From assembly GCA_010909165.1 (NCBI GenBank), contig VJWM01000063.1, positions 1,178,001-1,242,000 of the forward strand: a stretch of 64,000 nucleotides of DNA, given 5' to 3'. How positions within the stretch are numbered: the stretch's first letter is position 1; the number at the start of each line of letters is the position of its first letter. Source of the stretch: Anthoceros angustus. Taxonomy: Eukaryota > Plantae > Anthocerotophyta. Made by a program: the position numbers and the translations under genes. The notes under the pieces were generated by a model. It saw only the letters and a list, made by a program, of their open reading frames with translations, did no database searches and was not told where the DNA came from. Of the stretch, positions 62,026 through 64,000 are shown piece by piece.

Positions 62026-64000
62026 ATGCCTGTGGCGGCGTCCGCGATCTACTTTTTGAATCTCAGGGGAGATGTGCTCATCAATCGGCTGTATCGCGAC
62101 GATGTCGGGTATGATCTCGCTGACTGGATGCGGTGGAGCAAGCTCTTCTTTGCTGATGGATAAGATTAAGTATGTTTCTGCTGGGATACTGCAGAGGGAA
62201 CATGGTTGACGCCTTCAGAACACATATCATGCAGACAAAGGATCTGGGGACGTGTCCTGTTCGGCAGATAGGAGGCTGCTCCTTCCTGTACATGCGCATC
62301 AGCAATGTCTACATCGTCACTGTCGTCAGCACAAATGCAAATGCCGCTTGTGCCTTCAAGTTTGTTGTCGAGGTGCGCGTTTCTGCCCTGCTTTGCTTGA
62401 AGTCAGCTCTCCCGTAAATTTGTTTTTTGCTTCCTTGTCGGTCCGATTCCGATCCTTCGTCTCGTTTTTTGAATATCCAACAACAGGCCGTCTCACTCTT
62501 CAAATCTTACTTTGGAGGGGCATTCGATGAGGATGCTATCCGTAACAATTTTGTGCTCATTTATGAGTTGCTGGACGGTAGGCTCTTTAGTCTTCCAGAT
62601 TGATGCTTCCTGGTGCAAGTGGAAGAAAGGTTAGGGTGAGGGTAAACGGGGGCTGATTTCAGTGTGCGGTGTCGTCTGCTTTGACTCTTGTAGAGATCAT
62701 GGATTTTGGCTATCCTCAGAATCTCTCTCCAGAGATTCTCAAGTTGTACATTACTCAGGAAGGTGTGCGGTCTACTTTCTCCTCTAAGGTAATGCAAAGT
62801 CCCTCCATTGACATATGTACGTCAACGCTAGTTCAGATTTTCGTCCCTGTGCTAACAAAATCTCTCTTTCGTCTCTCGTTTCGTTTTGGATTGCCCCTCC
62901 TTCAGCCCCAAGATATGAGACCTCCTGTGAATGCCACTCTCCAAGTGACAGGAGCTGTTGGCTGGCGAAGAGAAGGACTTGTCTATAAGAAGAATGAGGT
63001 GAGTCAACTTTCAGGTCATTGTGGAGAACGGGCGCTTTCTGTTTCCTCTCACACGTTTTTGTAACTTATGGGCATCGTATGTGCAGGTTTTTCTCGACAT
63101 TGTGGAGAGTGTCAACCTTTTGATGTCACAGAAGGGTATGTGTGCTATCTGGTGTTGAGTTAGTTGGTCTCCCAGTAATGATCTATCCTCTTCATATTCT
63201 GCCTTTTTTTTTTTTTCCAGGTACAATTTTGCGATGTGATGTCACAGGAAAAATCCTGATGAAATGCTTTCTTTCCGGCATGCCTGAACTGAAACTTGGC
63301 CTCAATGATAAAATCGGGCTAGAGAAAGAAGCTCAAGTTAAAGCCCGTCCTTCAAGAAGGTACTGTTTCATCTTGCATTTCTTTTCTTGTAGTGCTGTTC
63401 TTGTAGTGGAAGTGGAGACTGAGAATCCTGGGTGGGGTATGCAGTGGTAAGACGATTGAGCTTGATGATGTCACCTTTCATCAATGTGTGAACTTGACGA
63501 GATTCAACACAGAAAAGACTGTCAGCTTTGTCCCGCCAGATGGAGAGTTTGAGCTGATGAAGTAAGCTGCAGCACTGATATCAGCTTGTTGATGACGGCT
63601 GGCTTGTACTACAGTTTGTGGTGGTAGTGAGTGAACTCCATTTTCTGGCAGGTATCGAATAACTGAGGGTATCAATCTTCCATTTCGGGTGATTCCAAGT
63701 ATTAAGGAGTTGGGCCGTACCCGGATGGAAGTGAATGTGAAGGTAGTCCTTCGCTGGGTGTCCATTATAGTTGTATGCATCCGCAGAGAGGAGGAGTAAA
63801 CTGTTTTGGTGAACGGTTTGTAATTTGCAGGTCAAAAGTGTATTCGGAGCGAAAATGTTTGCTTTAGGTGTTGTTGTGAAGGTGCCGGTACCAAAGCATA
63901 CAGCTAAGGCAAACTTTCAAGTGACTTCTGGCCGTGCCAAATACAATGCTGCTGTGGATTGTTTGGTCTGGAAGTAAGTACATCACAGGCAGCTAGCCTG
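62026..64000 (+). CDS. AP2M: AP-2 adaptor complex medium (mu) subunit, multi-exon, truncated by the window end
   Basis: [94 protein letters not shown]. Confidence 0.97.

Overview
Eukaryotic plant nuclear DNA, not prokaryotic. Short (~80-130 bp) introns, very tight gene packing and a PLS-class PPR gene ending in a WW-type PG box suggest an early-diverging land plant, most likely a hornwort (inference). Eleven protein genes are recognisable: a plant kinase-like protein, a PLS-E+ PPR editing factor, FAM32A-like, ALF4/glomulin, organellar uL18-like, cytosolic malate dehydrogenase, an Agenet/Tudor protein, TAP46, a MEAK7-like TLDc protein, a TMO5-clade bHLH and AP-2 mu (cut by the window end). Three repeat-rich islands separate them. 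(i) 7.7-13.1 kb holds an intron-retaining LysM receptor kinase fragment and a 1.3 kb tandem duplication. (ii) 24-39.5 kb is a nest: a very young Ty1/Copia (183-bp LTRs, CAGAC TSD, extra ORFs at both ends including an antisense 55-aa single-pass membrane protein) lies against a deleted Ty3/Gypsy with an integrase-PHD tail, and both lie between two halves of a CRE-like RLE LINE. (iii) 52.7-61.5 kb holds a (GGGCTT)n array, hairpin-unit minisatellites, and Gypsy and MULE-like relics. Indel-rich tandem duplications and frameshifts suggest long-read assembly errors, so some disruptions may be artefacts. All family assignments come from recalled motifs; no searches were run.
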